Assembly: GCA_046290465.1 (NCBI GenBank) | Contig: JBKAGP010000001.1 | Coordinates: 5,888,001-5,952,000, forward strand | Direction of reading: 5' to 3' | DNA: 64,000 nucleotides | Source: Planctomycetota bacterium | Lineage (GTDB): Bacteria > Planctomycetota > UBA1135 > UBA2386 | Shown: one piece after another, positions 1 to 8,963 of the stretch | How positions within the stretch are numbered: the first letter of the stretch is position 1 | Layout: every line of letters starts with the position of its first letter | Position numbers and translations under genes: made by a program | Notes under the pieces: model-generated | The model's input: the letters and a program-made list of their open reading frames with translations, nothing else | Told to the model about the DNA's origin: nothing | Database searches by the model: none

Positions 1-640
1 CGCCGTCGATCTGGTGCACCGCGACCTCCCAGGCGAGGAAGAACGGCGCCAGCTGCGGGCTGGTGGTGTCGCCCCAGATGACCAGCCGCGGGGCCGGTGC
101 GTTGCCGTTCGGCTCGCCGCCGAGCGCGTCCCACGCGGTCGCCTGCGCGACCTCGGAGGGGATCGTCGGGATCGTGTTGAAGTTGGCCGGGATCGGCCAG
201 GCGCGGCTGCCCATCATCGCGACGACGCCGCTCATGTTGATGCGCACGTCGGCGCGGCCTTCGATCACCGGGACGCCCTGGAAGACCTGGTCGAACGTGA
301 ACGACCAGGTGCGGCCCATGCGCGCGCCGATGATCTCCTGGAACGTCGAAGTGCCGAGGCCGAGCACGTCGGCGTGGTCGCGGAGCACGCGGTTGGCGTG
401 CACGCGCGCCGCTTCGAGCGAGTTGCGGCCCCAGTCTTCGATCTTCAGGCCGGTGCCGTAGATCGTGCCGGGGGTGCCGGTGGCCGGATGCCACTTGACG
501 ATCCAGCGGCCGCCCTGGGCCTGCTCGAATCGTTCGAAGACGGCCTTGCTCGTCAGCGGGGTGGTGGCGGGGGACTGCTCGTCTTGCGCGAGCAGGGAAG
601 GTACGGCGAGGTACAGACTCGCCAGTGCGAGGTATCGCAT
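1..640 (-). CDS. Secreted metallopeptidase precursor, N-terminal part (FTP/PepSY-type propeptide, M4/M36-like); runs off window start
   Basis: Not in ORF track. Hand translation from ATG at 640: MRYLALASLYLAVPSLLAQ (signal peptide) ... FTFDQVFQGVPVIEGRADVRI (fungalysin/thermolysin propeptide-like) ... PRLVIW ... LAWEVAV. No stop before position 1; catalytic domain not visible. Confidence 0.65.
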   Translation of the reverse strand, partial: MRYLALASLYLAVPSLLAQDEQSPATTPLTSKAVFERFEQAQGGRWIVKWHPATGTPGTIYGTGLKIEDWGRNSLEAARVHANRVLRDHADVLGLGTSTFQEIIGARMGRTWSFTFDQVFQGVPVIEGRADVRINMSGVVAMMGSRAWPIPANFNTIPTIPSEVAQATAWDALGGEPNGNAPAPRLVIWGDTTSPQLAPFFLAWEVAVHQIDG

Positions 641-799
641 AGAACCAGTGACCTGAGGGGCGGGCGCTGGAACCGTGTCACCGAAGGGACCCGGTCGGTG
701 GGTCGACCGTGGGGAACGGTCGGGGGGAGAGGAGCAGGGATACGCAGTATCGCCTCCAAGCGTAGCACGTGCAACGTGCCCGGGCGGCGCGGGTCCACC

Positions 800-1600
800 T
801 CAGGCGAGCAGTTCCATCACCCGCCCGCGGTTGCCGTCGGCGATGCGTTGTCCCGCAAGCGTCAGGTCCGACAGGATGCGCGCCCGCGTGCTCTCGGCGA
901 CCTCACGGGCGACGTCGACGTCCTCGATGCGGGCCCGCGCCTCCTCGGCGTGGATGCGTTCGGTCGCCAGCTGCTGCTCCTGCCGGGAGAACGTGTTGTC
1001 GAGCGCGCCGAGCTGTGCGCGCTGGTTGGACAGCCGGTCCTGAGCGGCGTCGAGCGCGGCGATCGAGCCCGGGTCCGACACGTCGAGTCCCTGCACGCCG
1101 AGCGCGGCCGCGCCGGCGTCGGCGATCTCGACGTCGGTGTCGCCGCCGTCGCCGTCGGTGATGCGGATCGCTCCCGCACCCTGGACCGATCCGTCGAGCA
1201 GGTTGCGCCCGCCGAAGTTCGCGCCGCGCGCGGTCTGGTCGAGCTGCGCGGCGAGCTGGTCGTACTCCTGCTGGATCACGTCGCGGTCGGCAGCCGACAG
1301 CGTGCCGTTCTGGGCCTGGATGCCGAGTTCGCGCATCCGACCGATGGTGTCCTGGCTGGTCTGCAGCGACGCTTCCGCGGTGCGCACCAGGCTGCGCCCG
1401 TCGGCGAGGTTGCGCTCGCCCTGCGCGTTGCCGCGCACCGCGGCTTCGAGCCGCTTGCTGATCGCGAGGCCGGCGCTGTCATCGGCGGCGCGCACGATGC
1501 GGCGGCCGGCGGCCAGCCGCTCACGCGTGCGCTCCTGCAGCGCTTCGAGCTGCTCGCGGTAGCGTTGCTGGTAGTCGGTGCGCTGGATCGAAAGGGTCAT
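800..1600 (-). CDS. fliC: Short flagellin / flagellin-like protein (266 aa)
   Basis: ERLAAGRRIVRAADDSAGLAIS, RMRELGIQAQNGT, NFGGRNLLDG, RAQLGA, ARIEDVDVARE match flagellin N/C helical domains; GAGGAG upstream of ATG at 1600. Confidence 0.85.
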   Translation of the reverse strand: MTLSIQRTDYQQRYREQLEALQERTRERLAAGRRIVRAADDSAGLAISKRLEAAVRGNAQGERNLADGRSLVRTAEASLQTSQDTIGRMRELGIQAQNGTLSAADRDVIQQEYDQLAAQLDQTARGANFGGRNLLDGSVQGAGAIRITDGDGGDTDVEIADAGAAALGVQGLDVSDPGSIAALDAAQDRLSNQRAQLGALDNTFSRQEQQLATERIHAEEARARIEDVDVAREVAESTRARILSDLTLAGQRIADGNRGRVMELLA

Positions 1601-1713
1601 CGGCGTCGCTGCTCCTCGCCGGGTGTGCTGCCGGCCACTGCACGAAATCGGCACATCTCAGCGGGCCCTTGATCGAGGCGTCCCGGTCTGGGATCGGGGT
1701 AGCATTCGTCGCC

Positions 1714-3705
1714 ATGATCCGACCTCTCGCCCTCGTCGGTGCGCTTTGCGCGCTCGCCACCGCCCAGTCGCCGCTCGAGACGACGTTCCCGCCGCTGGCT
1801 GGCCAGAACCAGTTCGTGGTGACCAACACCCCGACCCCGATCACCGGCCTGTTCGACCTGACGGTGACCGAACCGCAGGGCGTCGTGCTGACGTCGGTCG
1901 ACCTGCAGATCAACACCACGCACGGCACCAACGGCCAGTTCGCGGTGTGGCTGACCGCGCCCGGCAGCAGCCACGTCGGCAACGAGCAGAACCCGGCGGC
2001 GTGGACGCTCGCGTCGACCGCAGCGCTGGTCCACAACGGCGGCCGGGTCACCTTCCAGCTGCAGACGCCGATCGCGCTCGGGCCGGCGACCTACGGGGTC
2101 GCGTTCCACATGATCGAGGCCAACCCGGCCTACTGGGGCGGTGCGACCTCGGGCACGCTGCCGCCGACCTACGCCAACAACGAGCTGACGATCGACCTGA
2201 GCGCGGGCCGCATGCGCACGTCGGACGCGCTCGACCCGTTCGCCGTCGGTGGCAACGGCTTCTCGCCGCGGCAGATGTCGATGGGCCTCGCCTACACGGT
2301 CGGCTCGACCAGCGTCGACTTCTCGTCGGACGTCACCGGCGGCGGCTCGCCGCTGGCGGTGCAGTTCACGTCGATCGCGACGTCGGGCGCGCCGGGCGGG
2401 ATCCTCGCCTACATCTGGGACTTCGACGGCGACAACAACCCGGACTCGACGGCGCCCAACCCGACGCACACCTACACGCAGTGCGGCACCTACACGGTCA
2501 GCCTGTCGATCGTCGACGCGACCGGCACGTTCACCGAGACCAAGGTCGACTACATCGTCACCGACGTGGTCACGCCGTCCTTCACCAACGAACTGATCGC
2601 GCCGGGCGTGGTGCAGTTCACCGATACGTCGACGCCGACGCCGACCAGCTGGGACTGGGACCTCGACGGCGACGGGCTGGTCGACTCCAACCTGCAGAAC
2701 CCGACCTTCACCTACCCCAACCTCTGTGACGAGATCACCGTGTCGTTGACGGCGACGCGGCTGTGCCAGCCGCCGGTGACGGTGACGCGCACGATCGCCG
2801 CGGCCTCGACGGTCGAGACGACGTTCCAGGGCGGCCTGATCACCGCCACCGGGGCGACCGGCGCGGCCAACTACTTCGACGTCGCGGTGCAGAACCCGTT
2901 CGGCGTGACGCTGTGCGGCATGCACGTCAACACCGGCCTCGCCGCCGGCACGCCGCTGACGGTCAACCTCTACCAGACCGAGACGAGCTACGTCGGCAAG
3001 ACCGACGACGCGACGCAGTGGCGCCTGATCGCCAGCGAGACCGTCAACGCGGTCGGAGGCGCGCGCACGTTCGTGCCGTTCGGTGCGCCGGTGCACCTCG
3101 CCACCGGCAGCTTCGGCCTGTGCATGGAGCACGTCGGGGCGTCGCCGACCTACACCAACCTCGGCGGTCCGCTGGTGGTCGGCAACGCCGACCTGACGCT
3201 GACCGCGGGCCTGACCCAGGCCGAGCCGGTGTTCGACCCGCTGTCGACGACCTGGTCGCCGCGCGTCGCCAACGTCGCGCTGCACTACTCGACGACCCAG
3301 TCCAACAGCACCGCCGGTTACGGCTACGTGGGCTCGGGCTGCGCCGGCACGCTCGGCGTGCCGACCAACGTGTCGACGACGCAGCCGGTGCTCGGTGGCC
3401 AGGCGACGATCACGATCGACAACCTGCCGACCAACATCGGCGTCATGCTGCTCGGCATCGCCCGCAGCACGCCGCCGCTCGACCTCGGCTTCCTCGGCAT
3501 GCCCGGCTGTCCGCTGCACCACAGCGGCGACGTGCTGCAGACGATCGTCGGTGCGGCGAACACCGCGGTGTTCCCGTTCCCGGTGCCGAACAACGTCGTG
3601 TTCATCGGCTCGCAGTTCTACACGCAGGCGGCCAGCCTGGACCCGGGCGTCAACCAGCTCGGCCTGGCGCTGTCGGACGCGGCGGTGATGCTCGTTGGGC
3701 AGTAG
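1714..3705 (+). CDS. Secreted PKD-domain surface protein with duplicated beta-rich domain and conserved C-terminal domain
   Basis: Signal peptide MIRPLALVGALCALATAQ; two PKD repeats (YIWDFDGD...NPTHTY; SWDWDLDGDG...QNPTFTY). Confidence 0.8.
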   Translation: MIRPLALVGALCALATAQSPLETTFPPLAGQNQFVVTNTPTPITGLFDLTVTEPQGVVLTSVDLQINTTHGTNGQFAVWLTAPGSSHVGNEQNPAAWTLASTAALVHNGGRVTFQLQTPIALGPATYGVAFHMIEANPAYWGGATSGTLPPTYANNELTIDLSAGRMRTSDALDPFAVGGNGFSPRQMSMGLAYTVGSTSVDFSSDVTGGGSPLAVQFTSIATSGAPGGILAYIWDFDGDNNPDSTAPNPTHTYTQCGTYTVSLSIVDATGTFTETKVDYIVTDVVTPSFTNELIAPGVVQFTDTSTPTPTSWDWDLDGDGLVDSNLQNPTFTYPNLCDEITVSLTATRLCQPPVTVTRTIAAASTVETTFQGGLITATGATGAANYFDVAVQNPFGVTLCGMHVNTGLAAGTPLTVNLYQTETSYVGKTDDATQWRLIASETVNAVGGARTFVPFGAPVHLATGSFGLCMEHVGASPTYTNLGGPLVVGNADLTLTAGLTQAEPVFDPLSTTWSPRVANVALHYSTTQSNSTAGYGYVGSGCAGTLGVPTNVSTTQPVLGGQATITIDNLPTNIGVMLLGIARSTPPLDLGFLGMPGCPLHHSGDVLQTIVGAANTAVFPFPVPNNVVFIGSQFYTQAASLDPGVNQLGLALSDAAVMLVGQ

Positions 3706-3720
3706 CGTAGAGTGCGCGGC

Positions 3721-6483
3721 ATGCGTGCTCCGCTGCCCGTGCTGTCCTGCCTGCTGCTGTGCCTGCTGACCTGGCTGTCGGGGGCCGCCCCCCTGACGGC
3801 GCAGGTTCCCGACCCCACGCCGTCGACGCCGTTCGAGATGGCGCCGGGGGTCCGCTACGACCCGGCCATCCCGACGCTCGACGCGGTCACCGGCCACGCG
3901 TGGGGGACCGAGATCTCGGCGCACCGCGACGTCGAGGACTACATCCGTGCGCTGCAGCGGGCGGCGCCCGACCGGGTCGAGATCGTCGGCTACGGTGAGA
4001 CCTGGCAGGGACGTTCGCTCTACTACGTCGTCGTCAGCAGCCGCGAGAACCACCGGCAGCTGCCCCGGATCCGGGCCGGCATGCAGCAGCTGGCCGACCC
4101 GCGAACGGTCGAGCCCGACCAGGTCGACCGGCTGCTCTGCGATCTGCCGGCCGTTGGCTGGCTCGCCAACTGCGTGCACGGCGACGAGCCGTCGGGGACC
4201 GACGCGGCGCTCTACGTGCTCTACCACCTGCTGGCGGCGCAGAACGATCCGATGGTCGAGCAGATCCTCGAACACTGCGTCGTGCTGGTCGACCCGCTGC
4301 AGAACCCGGACGGCCGCGACCGCTTCGTGTTCTACACGCGTGGGGCGCGCGGCCGCTGGGCGGACCCGACCCCGACCGCGGCCGAGCACAGCCAGCCGTG
4401 GCCGAGCGGTCGCACCAACCACGCGCTGTTCGACATGAACCGCGACTGGTTCGCGATGACGCAGCCGGAGACCGAGGGGCGGGTGCGCGCGTTCCTCGAC
4501 TGGTGGCCGTTGGTCTACGTCGACCTGCACGAGATGGGCGGCAACTCGACCTACTACTTCCCGCCGCCGGCGTCGCCGGTCAACGAGTCGATCACCGCCG
4601 AGCAGCGCGCGTGGCTGCGTCGCTACGGCAAGAACAACGCGCGCTGGTTCGACCGCTTCGGCTTCGACTACTTCACGCGCGAGGCCTACGACGCGTTCTA
4701 TCCCGGCTACGGCGACAGCTGGCCGATGGCGCACGGCAGCATCGGCATGACGTTCGAGATGGCGAGCGCGCGCGGGCTGGTCTACCGGCGCACCGACGAG
4801 GGCCTGCTGCGCTACCGCGACGGCGTGCGGCGGCACTTCGTCGCGTCGATGGCGACGCTCGAGACGCTGGCCAACAACCGCCTCGAGGCGCAGCGCGCGT
4901 TCGTCGCGCACCGGCGCCGGGGCATGCAGCTCGGTCGCACCCACGACGTGTTCGAGTACGTGCTGCCGGCGCGTGGCGACCGCACGCGGCTGGCGCGGCT
5001 GGCCAACCTGCTGCTGCGGCAGGGCGTCGAGGTGCACCGGGCGACCACGCAGCTGGTCAGCTCCGCGGCGGTGCGCACCGGCGAACTGCCGCACGCGCGG
5101 CACACGTTCCCGGCGGGCTCGTTCGTGGTCCGCATGGCGCAGCCCGCCAGCACGCTGGCGCACCTGCTGCTGCAGCCGCACTTCGACATGGAGAGCGGGT
5201 TCCTGCGCGAGCAGCAGCTGCGCAAGGCGCGCCGGCAGCGCGGCCAGTTCTACGACCTGACGGCGTGGTCCCTGCCGCTGCTGTTCGGCGTCGAGTGCTT
5301 CGCGTCGGCCGGGCCGTGCACCGGCGAGGTCGAGCGTCTGCGCCCCGGCCAGGCGACGTCCGGTGCGCCGGCGCTGCGCGAGCGGCCGCCCGAGGTCGCC
5401 TACGTGGTGTCGTGGGGACAGAACGGCGCGGCCGCGATGCTGGTCGACCTGCTGCGCGCCGGCGCCAAGGTCAAGTGCATCGACCGACCGTTCACGCTCG
5501 CCGAACGGTCGTTCCCGGCCGGTTCGTTCGTGGTGCGCGTGCACGCGCAGCCCGAGGCGCTGCGCGCCGGCCTGCACGCTCAGATGCGGCAGCTGGCCCG
5601 AACGCACGGCGTGACCCCGATGTGTGCCGACAGTTCCTGGATCGAGGACGGGCCGAGCTTCGGGACGCGCGAAGGCCACCTGCTGCGCGCGCCGCGCGTC
5701 GCGATGGCCTGGGACGAGCCGGTCAACACCTACTCGGCCGGCTGGCTGCGCTACCTGCTCGAGCAGCGCTACGGCCTGCCGGTGACGGCGCTGCGCACGC
5801 GCGACCTGACGCGCACCGACCTCGACCGGTTCACGGTGCTGGTGCTGCCCGAGGGCCGCTACCAGGGGGAGCTGCAGGGGGCCGGCTGCAAGGCGATCCA
5901 GGGCTTCGTGCGGCGCGGCGGCGTGCTGGTGACGCTCGGCTCGGCGACCCGCTGGCTGTCGGGCAAGGACGTCGGCCTGCTCGCGACCGGCGCCGAGCCG
6001 CGCGACCGGCCGAAGGGGCCGTCGAAGGAGGGCGGCGCCGAGAAGGGAGCGAAGCAGGGCGGCGAACGGCAGCGCGATGCCGAGGCTGCGTTCGACTACG
6101 ACGCCGCGGTGCGTCCCGACGAGGAGGCACCGCCGTCGACGCCGGGCGCGATCCTGCGCGTCACCGTCGACGACCGCCACTGGCTCGGCTTCGGCTACGA
6201 CGGCGAGGCCAGCGTCGTGCACGACAGCTCGCACATCCTGACGCCGATCAAGCTCGACCGCGGCACCAACGTGGTGCGCTACGCCGACGAACTGCTGCTG
6301 CTGCGCGCCGGCTTCCTGTGGGACGAGAACCGCAAGCAGCTGCCGGAGAAGGCCTACCTGGTGCACCAGCCGCACGGCCGTGGCCACGTGGTCGCGTTCG
6401 CCGAGGACCCCAACGTGCGGGCCTTCGCCGACGGCCTCAACCTGCTGCTGATGAACGCCGTGCTGCTGACCGCGGGCCGCTGA
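3721..6483 (+). CDS. M14 family zinc carboxypeptidase with C-terminal GATase1-like domain
   Basis: VHGDEPSG, NPDGRDR, DMNRDW, DLHEMG zinc/substrate motifs; signal peptide; VLVLPEG...FVRRGGVLV C-terminal segment. Confidence 0.88.
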   Translation: MRAPLPVLSCLLLCLLTWLSGAAPLTAQVPDPTPSTPFEMAPGVRYDPAIPTLDAVTGHAWGTEISAHRDVEDYIRALQRAAPDRVEIVGYGETWQGRSLYYVVVSSRENHRQLPRIRAGMQQLADPRTVEPDQVDRLLCDLPAVGWLANCVHGDEPSGTDAALYVLYHLLAAQNDPMVEQILEHCVVLVDPLQNPDGRDRFVFYTRGARGRWADPTPTAAEHSQPWPSGRTNHALFDMNRDWFAMTQPETEGRVRAFLDWWPLVYVDLHEMGGNSTYYFPPPASPVNESITAEQRAWLRRYGKNNARWFDRFGFDYFTREAYDAFYPGYGDSWPMAHGSIGMTFEMASARGLVYRRTDEGLLRYRDGVRRHFVASMATLETLANNRLEAQRAFVAHRRRGMQLGRTHDVFEYVLPARGDRTRLARLANLLLRQGVEVHRATTQLVSSAAVRTGELPHARHTFPAGSFVVRMAQPASTLAHLLLQPHFDMESGFLREQQLRKARRQRGQFYDLTAWSLPLLFGVECFASAGPCTGEVERLRPGQATSGAPALRERPPEVAYVVSWGQNGAAAMLVDLLRAGAKVKCIDRPFTLAERSFPAGSFVVRVHAQPEALRAGLHAQMRQLARTHGVTPMCADSSWIEDGPSFGTREGHLLRAPRVAMAWDEPVNTYSAGWLRYLLEQRYGLPVTALRTRDLTRTDLDRFTVLVLPEGRYQGELQGAGCKAIQGFVRRGGVLVTLGSATRWLSGKDVGLLATGAEPRDRPKGPSKEGGAEKGAKQGGERQRDAEAAFDYDAAVRPDEEAPPSTPGAILRVTVDDRHWLGFGYDGEASVVHDSSHILTPIKLDRGTNVVRYADELLLLRAGFLWDENRKQLPEKAYLVHQPHGRGHVVAFAEDPNVRAFADGLNLLLMNAVLLTAGR

Positions 6484-7707
6484 TCAGCGCGTGCGGCGCG
6501 GCAGGTAGATCGAGTTGACGCGGCGGTAGGTGCCGAAGTTGGCCATCAGCGCGCTCAGCGCGTCGGCGTCGAAGTTGATCGTCGCGTAGTCGCTGGCGCC
6601 CTGCAGCGTCATGTTGCCGGTCACCACGACCGAGCCGTTGATCTCGCTCGGCGCGCGCATCGTGAAGTTGCCGTCGACGTAGAGCATGCCGCTGAACAGC
6701 GAGTTGTTGCCCGAGTTCATCGTCATGTTGCCGTTGACGACGATCAGCCCCGAGCCGGTCAGCGGCAGCGCCGAGTCGATGTTGAAGGTCGATCCGAGGT
6801 CGACGATGATCAGCGCGTTGTCCGGCACCGGGTTGGGGAAGTCCGCTTGGTTGGTGACGACCATGTCGGCCATCGACGACAGCTCGGCGAACGTCAGCCC
6901 GAACACGGCCTCGTAGCTGTCGTCGTAGGTCGTGCCGCCGGACAGCCCGGGCGTGCCGGTGACGCGGTTCTGGTTGCTCGGCCCGGTCGTCGGGGTACCC
7001 GATCCCTGCGGGTAGTAGATGCCCGCCATGTCGCCGCCGACTACACGGCCATTGGTGTTGATGTGGCACGAGTTGCCGTCGGCCACGTTGATCGCCGCCT
7101 GGCCCGGCAGGTTGATCACCGCGCGCAGCACGTCGGTCTCGGTCATCTCGGTCGCCAGCACGACGTTCGGCTCGACGTTGAAGTCGACGTTCTCGTCGAA
7201 GCGGCGGTAGACGTAGCCGACGCTGCGCAGGCGCCACGCGGTGCCGGCGCTGCCGCCGGCCTTCGGCGCCGAGATGTCGTTGCACTCGAACTGCTGCCGC
7301 CACGCCAGGCGGTCGGGGTCCGGGTCGGCGTCCCACTCCTTCCAGACCTCGTAGCGGGCCCAGAGGTTGCCCGACACCTGGAAGTCGCGCACCAGGCCGA
7401 TGTCGGGGTCGTCGGTGTCGAGCACCTGCGGGATTGCCACCGTGTCGAGCACCGGTTCGAAGGCGGTGACCGGTTGCGAGGTCTGCCGGCGCAGCCAGCT
7501 CAACCCCTCGGTCAGCCCCGAACGTGCCGCCATCACCGCCTGGTAGTTGGTGATGAACAAGGTCCGGTTCTGCGTGATCTGCGACTTCAGGGTCAGCGTG
7601 CCCGTGAGCACGATCCCGACCACGACCGTCGTGAACATCAGCGCGAAGATCAGGGCCGTACCGCTCTCGCCGTCGCGGTGGCCTTCCTGACGATGGTTGT
7701 CCTGCAT
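6484..7707 (-). CDS. PilX-like minor pilin / pilus assembly protein
   Basis: ESG|TALIFALMFTTVVVGIVL resembles a class III (prepilin) leader followed by QAVMAARSGL; C-terminal G-L-I-V-V-N-G-N repeats. Start moved to ATG at 7707. Confidence 0.6.
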   Translation of the reverse strand: MQDNHRQEGHRDGESGTALIFALMFTTVVVGIVLTGTLTLKSQITQNRTLFITNYQAVMAARSGLTEGLSWLRRQTSQPVTAFEPVLDTVAIPQVLDTDDPDIGLVRDFQVSGNLWARYEVWKEWDADPDPDRLAWRQQFECNDISAPKAGGSAGTAWRLRSVGYVYRRFDENVDFNVEPNVVLATEMTETDVLRAVINLPGQAAINVADGNSCHINTNGRVVGGDMAGIYYPQGSGTPTTGPSNQNRVTGTPGLSGGTTYDDSYEAVFGLTFAELSSMADMVVTNQADFPNPVPDNALIIVDLGSTFNIDSALPLTGSGLIVVNGNMTMNSGNNSLFSGMLYVDGNFTMRAPSEINGSVVVTGNMTLQGASDYATINFDADALSALMANFGTYRRVNSIYLPRRTR

Positions 7708-7826
7708 ACAGACCTCAGCTGTGTCGGGCTTATCGACACCGGCGGGTCCGAGCTTGTGGGCGATCTCGTGACGGTACCGATTCGAGCCGCGTGCATCGCG
7801 GCGGCGAGCCGGCATGATGTGCGCGC

Positions 7827-8843
7827 GTGAGCCACGACGCCGACAGCACCGAACGGTCCACCGGGCACACCGCCGCGGCGCTGCTGTCGTTCGTGGTCGC
7901 CGTCGGCCTGCTCGGGGCCAAGTTCTGGGCCTATTGGCGGACCGGCTCGCAGGCGATCTTCGGCGACGCGCTCGAGTCGATCGTCAACGTGTTCGCGGCG
8001 CTGGTCGCGCTGAGCGTGCTGCGCTACGCCGTCCGGCCGGCCGACCGCGACCATCCCTACGGCCACGGCAAGATCGAGTTCTTCTCGGCGGCGTTCGAGG
8101 GCGGACTGATCTTCTGTGCGGCGCTGGTGATCCTGTGGCAGGCCGGCGATGCGTTCGTGCGCGGGGCGATGCCGCGCGAGCTCGACTTCGGCGTGCTGGT
8201 GACGTTCGTCGCCGGTCTGGTCAACGGCCTGCTCGGCCTGTTCCTGGTCCGCTACGGCACCCGCCACGGTTCGCCGGCGCTGGTCGCCGACGGCCAGCAC
8301 GTGCTGTCGGACTTCTGGACCAGCGTCGGCGTCGTGCTCGGCCTGATCGTCGTCAGGCTGACCGGGATCGCGTGGCTCGATCCGGCGATCGCCGCGGTGA
8401 TGATGGTCTGGCTGCTGATCACCGGCTGGCGGATCGTCAGGCGCGCGATCGGCGGCCTGCTCGACGCCGAGGACCCCGAACTGCTGGCGACGGTCGTCGA
8501 CGGCCTCAGCGATCGCTTCGGCGACGGCGTGATCCGGGTGCACCACCTGCGCGCGATCCGCGCCGGCAGCTTCGTGCACATCAGTGCGCACCTGGTGGTG
8601 CCGGAGTTCTGGAGCGTGCAGCGCGCGCACGACCTCGCCGAGGCGCTCGGCGAGCACGTCGCGACGACGCTGCCCCGCGACGCCGCGGTCGACTTCCACA
8701 CCGACCCGTGCGAACGCACGTGGTGCGCGATGTGCGACCTCGAGGAGTGCAGCGTGCGGCAGCAGCCGTTCGCGCGGCTCGAGCCGCTGACCGTCGACGA
8801 GGCGGTGCGGCCGGACGACGCCGTGCACCTGAACGAACCGTAG
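7827..8843 (+). CDS. Cation diffusion facilitator (FieF-like) transporter
   Basis: GDALESIVN, PADRDHPYGHGKIE, ADGQHVLSD, WLDPAIA CDF motifs with hydrophobic helices. Confidence 0.9.
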   Translation: MSHDADSTERSTGHTAAALLSFVVAVGLLGAKFWAYWRTGSQAIFGDALESIVNVFAALVALSVLRYAVRPADRDHPYGHGKIEFFSAAFEGGLIFCAALVILWQAGDAFVRGAMPRELDFGVLVTFVAGLVNGLLGLFLVRYGTRHGSPALVADGQHVLSDFWTSVGVVLGLIVVRLTGIAWLDPAIAAVMMVWLLITGWRIVRRAIGGLLDAEDPELLATVVDGLSDRFGDGVIRVHHLRAIRAGSFVHISAHLVVPEFWSVQRAHDLAEALGEHVATTLPRDAAVDFHTDPCERTWCAMCDLEECSVRQQPFARLEPLTVDEAVRPDDAVHLNEP

Positions 8844-8879
8844 GGATCCGGCTCGGGTCGGCTACGGTGGGGCGGCCCC

Positions 8880-8911
8880 GCCCTGGTCGAATGGGGCCCT
8901 GGTCGAATGGG
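8880..8911. repeat. 16-bp tandem duplication (gccctggtcgaatggg x2) upstream of the MoxR operon
   Basis: Two identical adjacent copies, 8880-8895 and 8896-8911. Confidence 0.85.
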
Positions 8912-8963
8912 ATCGGGACAAATAAAACCCGGTGGGCGCCGTCCTACGCGCCCACCCTCCGAC

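Noticed and set aside
14..1672. 552-aa plus-strand ORF
   Set aside because: Antisense to the flagellin and protease genes, which carry clear family motifs.
1597..6387. Very long antisense or alternate-frame ORFs (1596 aa here; also 8252-11902, 21992-25648, 30252-34007, 49154-52126)
   Set aside because: Shadow ORFs of high-GC coding DNA: Arg/Ala/Gly-rich, no motifs, overlapping well-supported genes.
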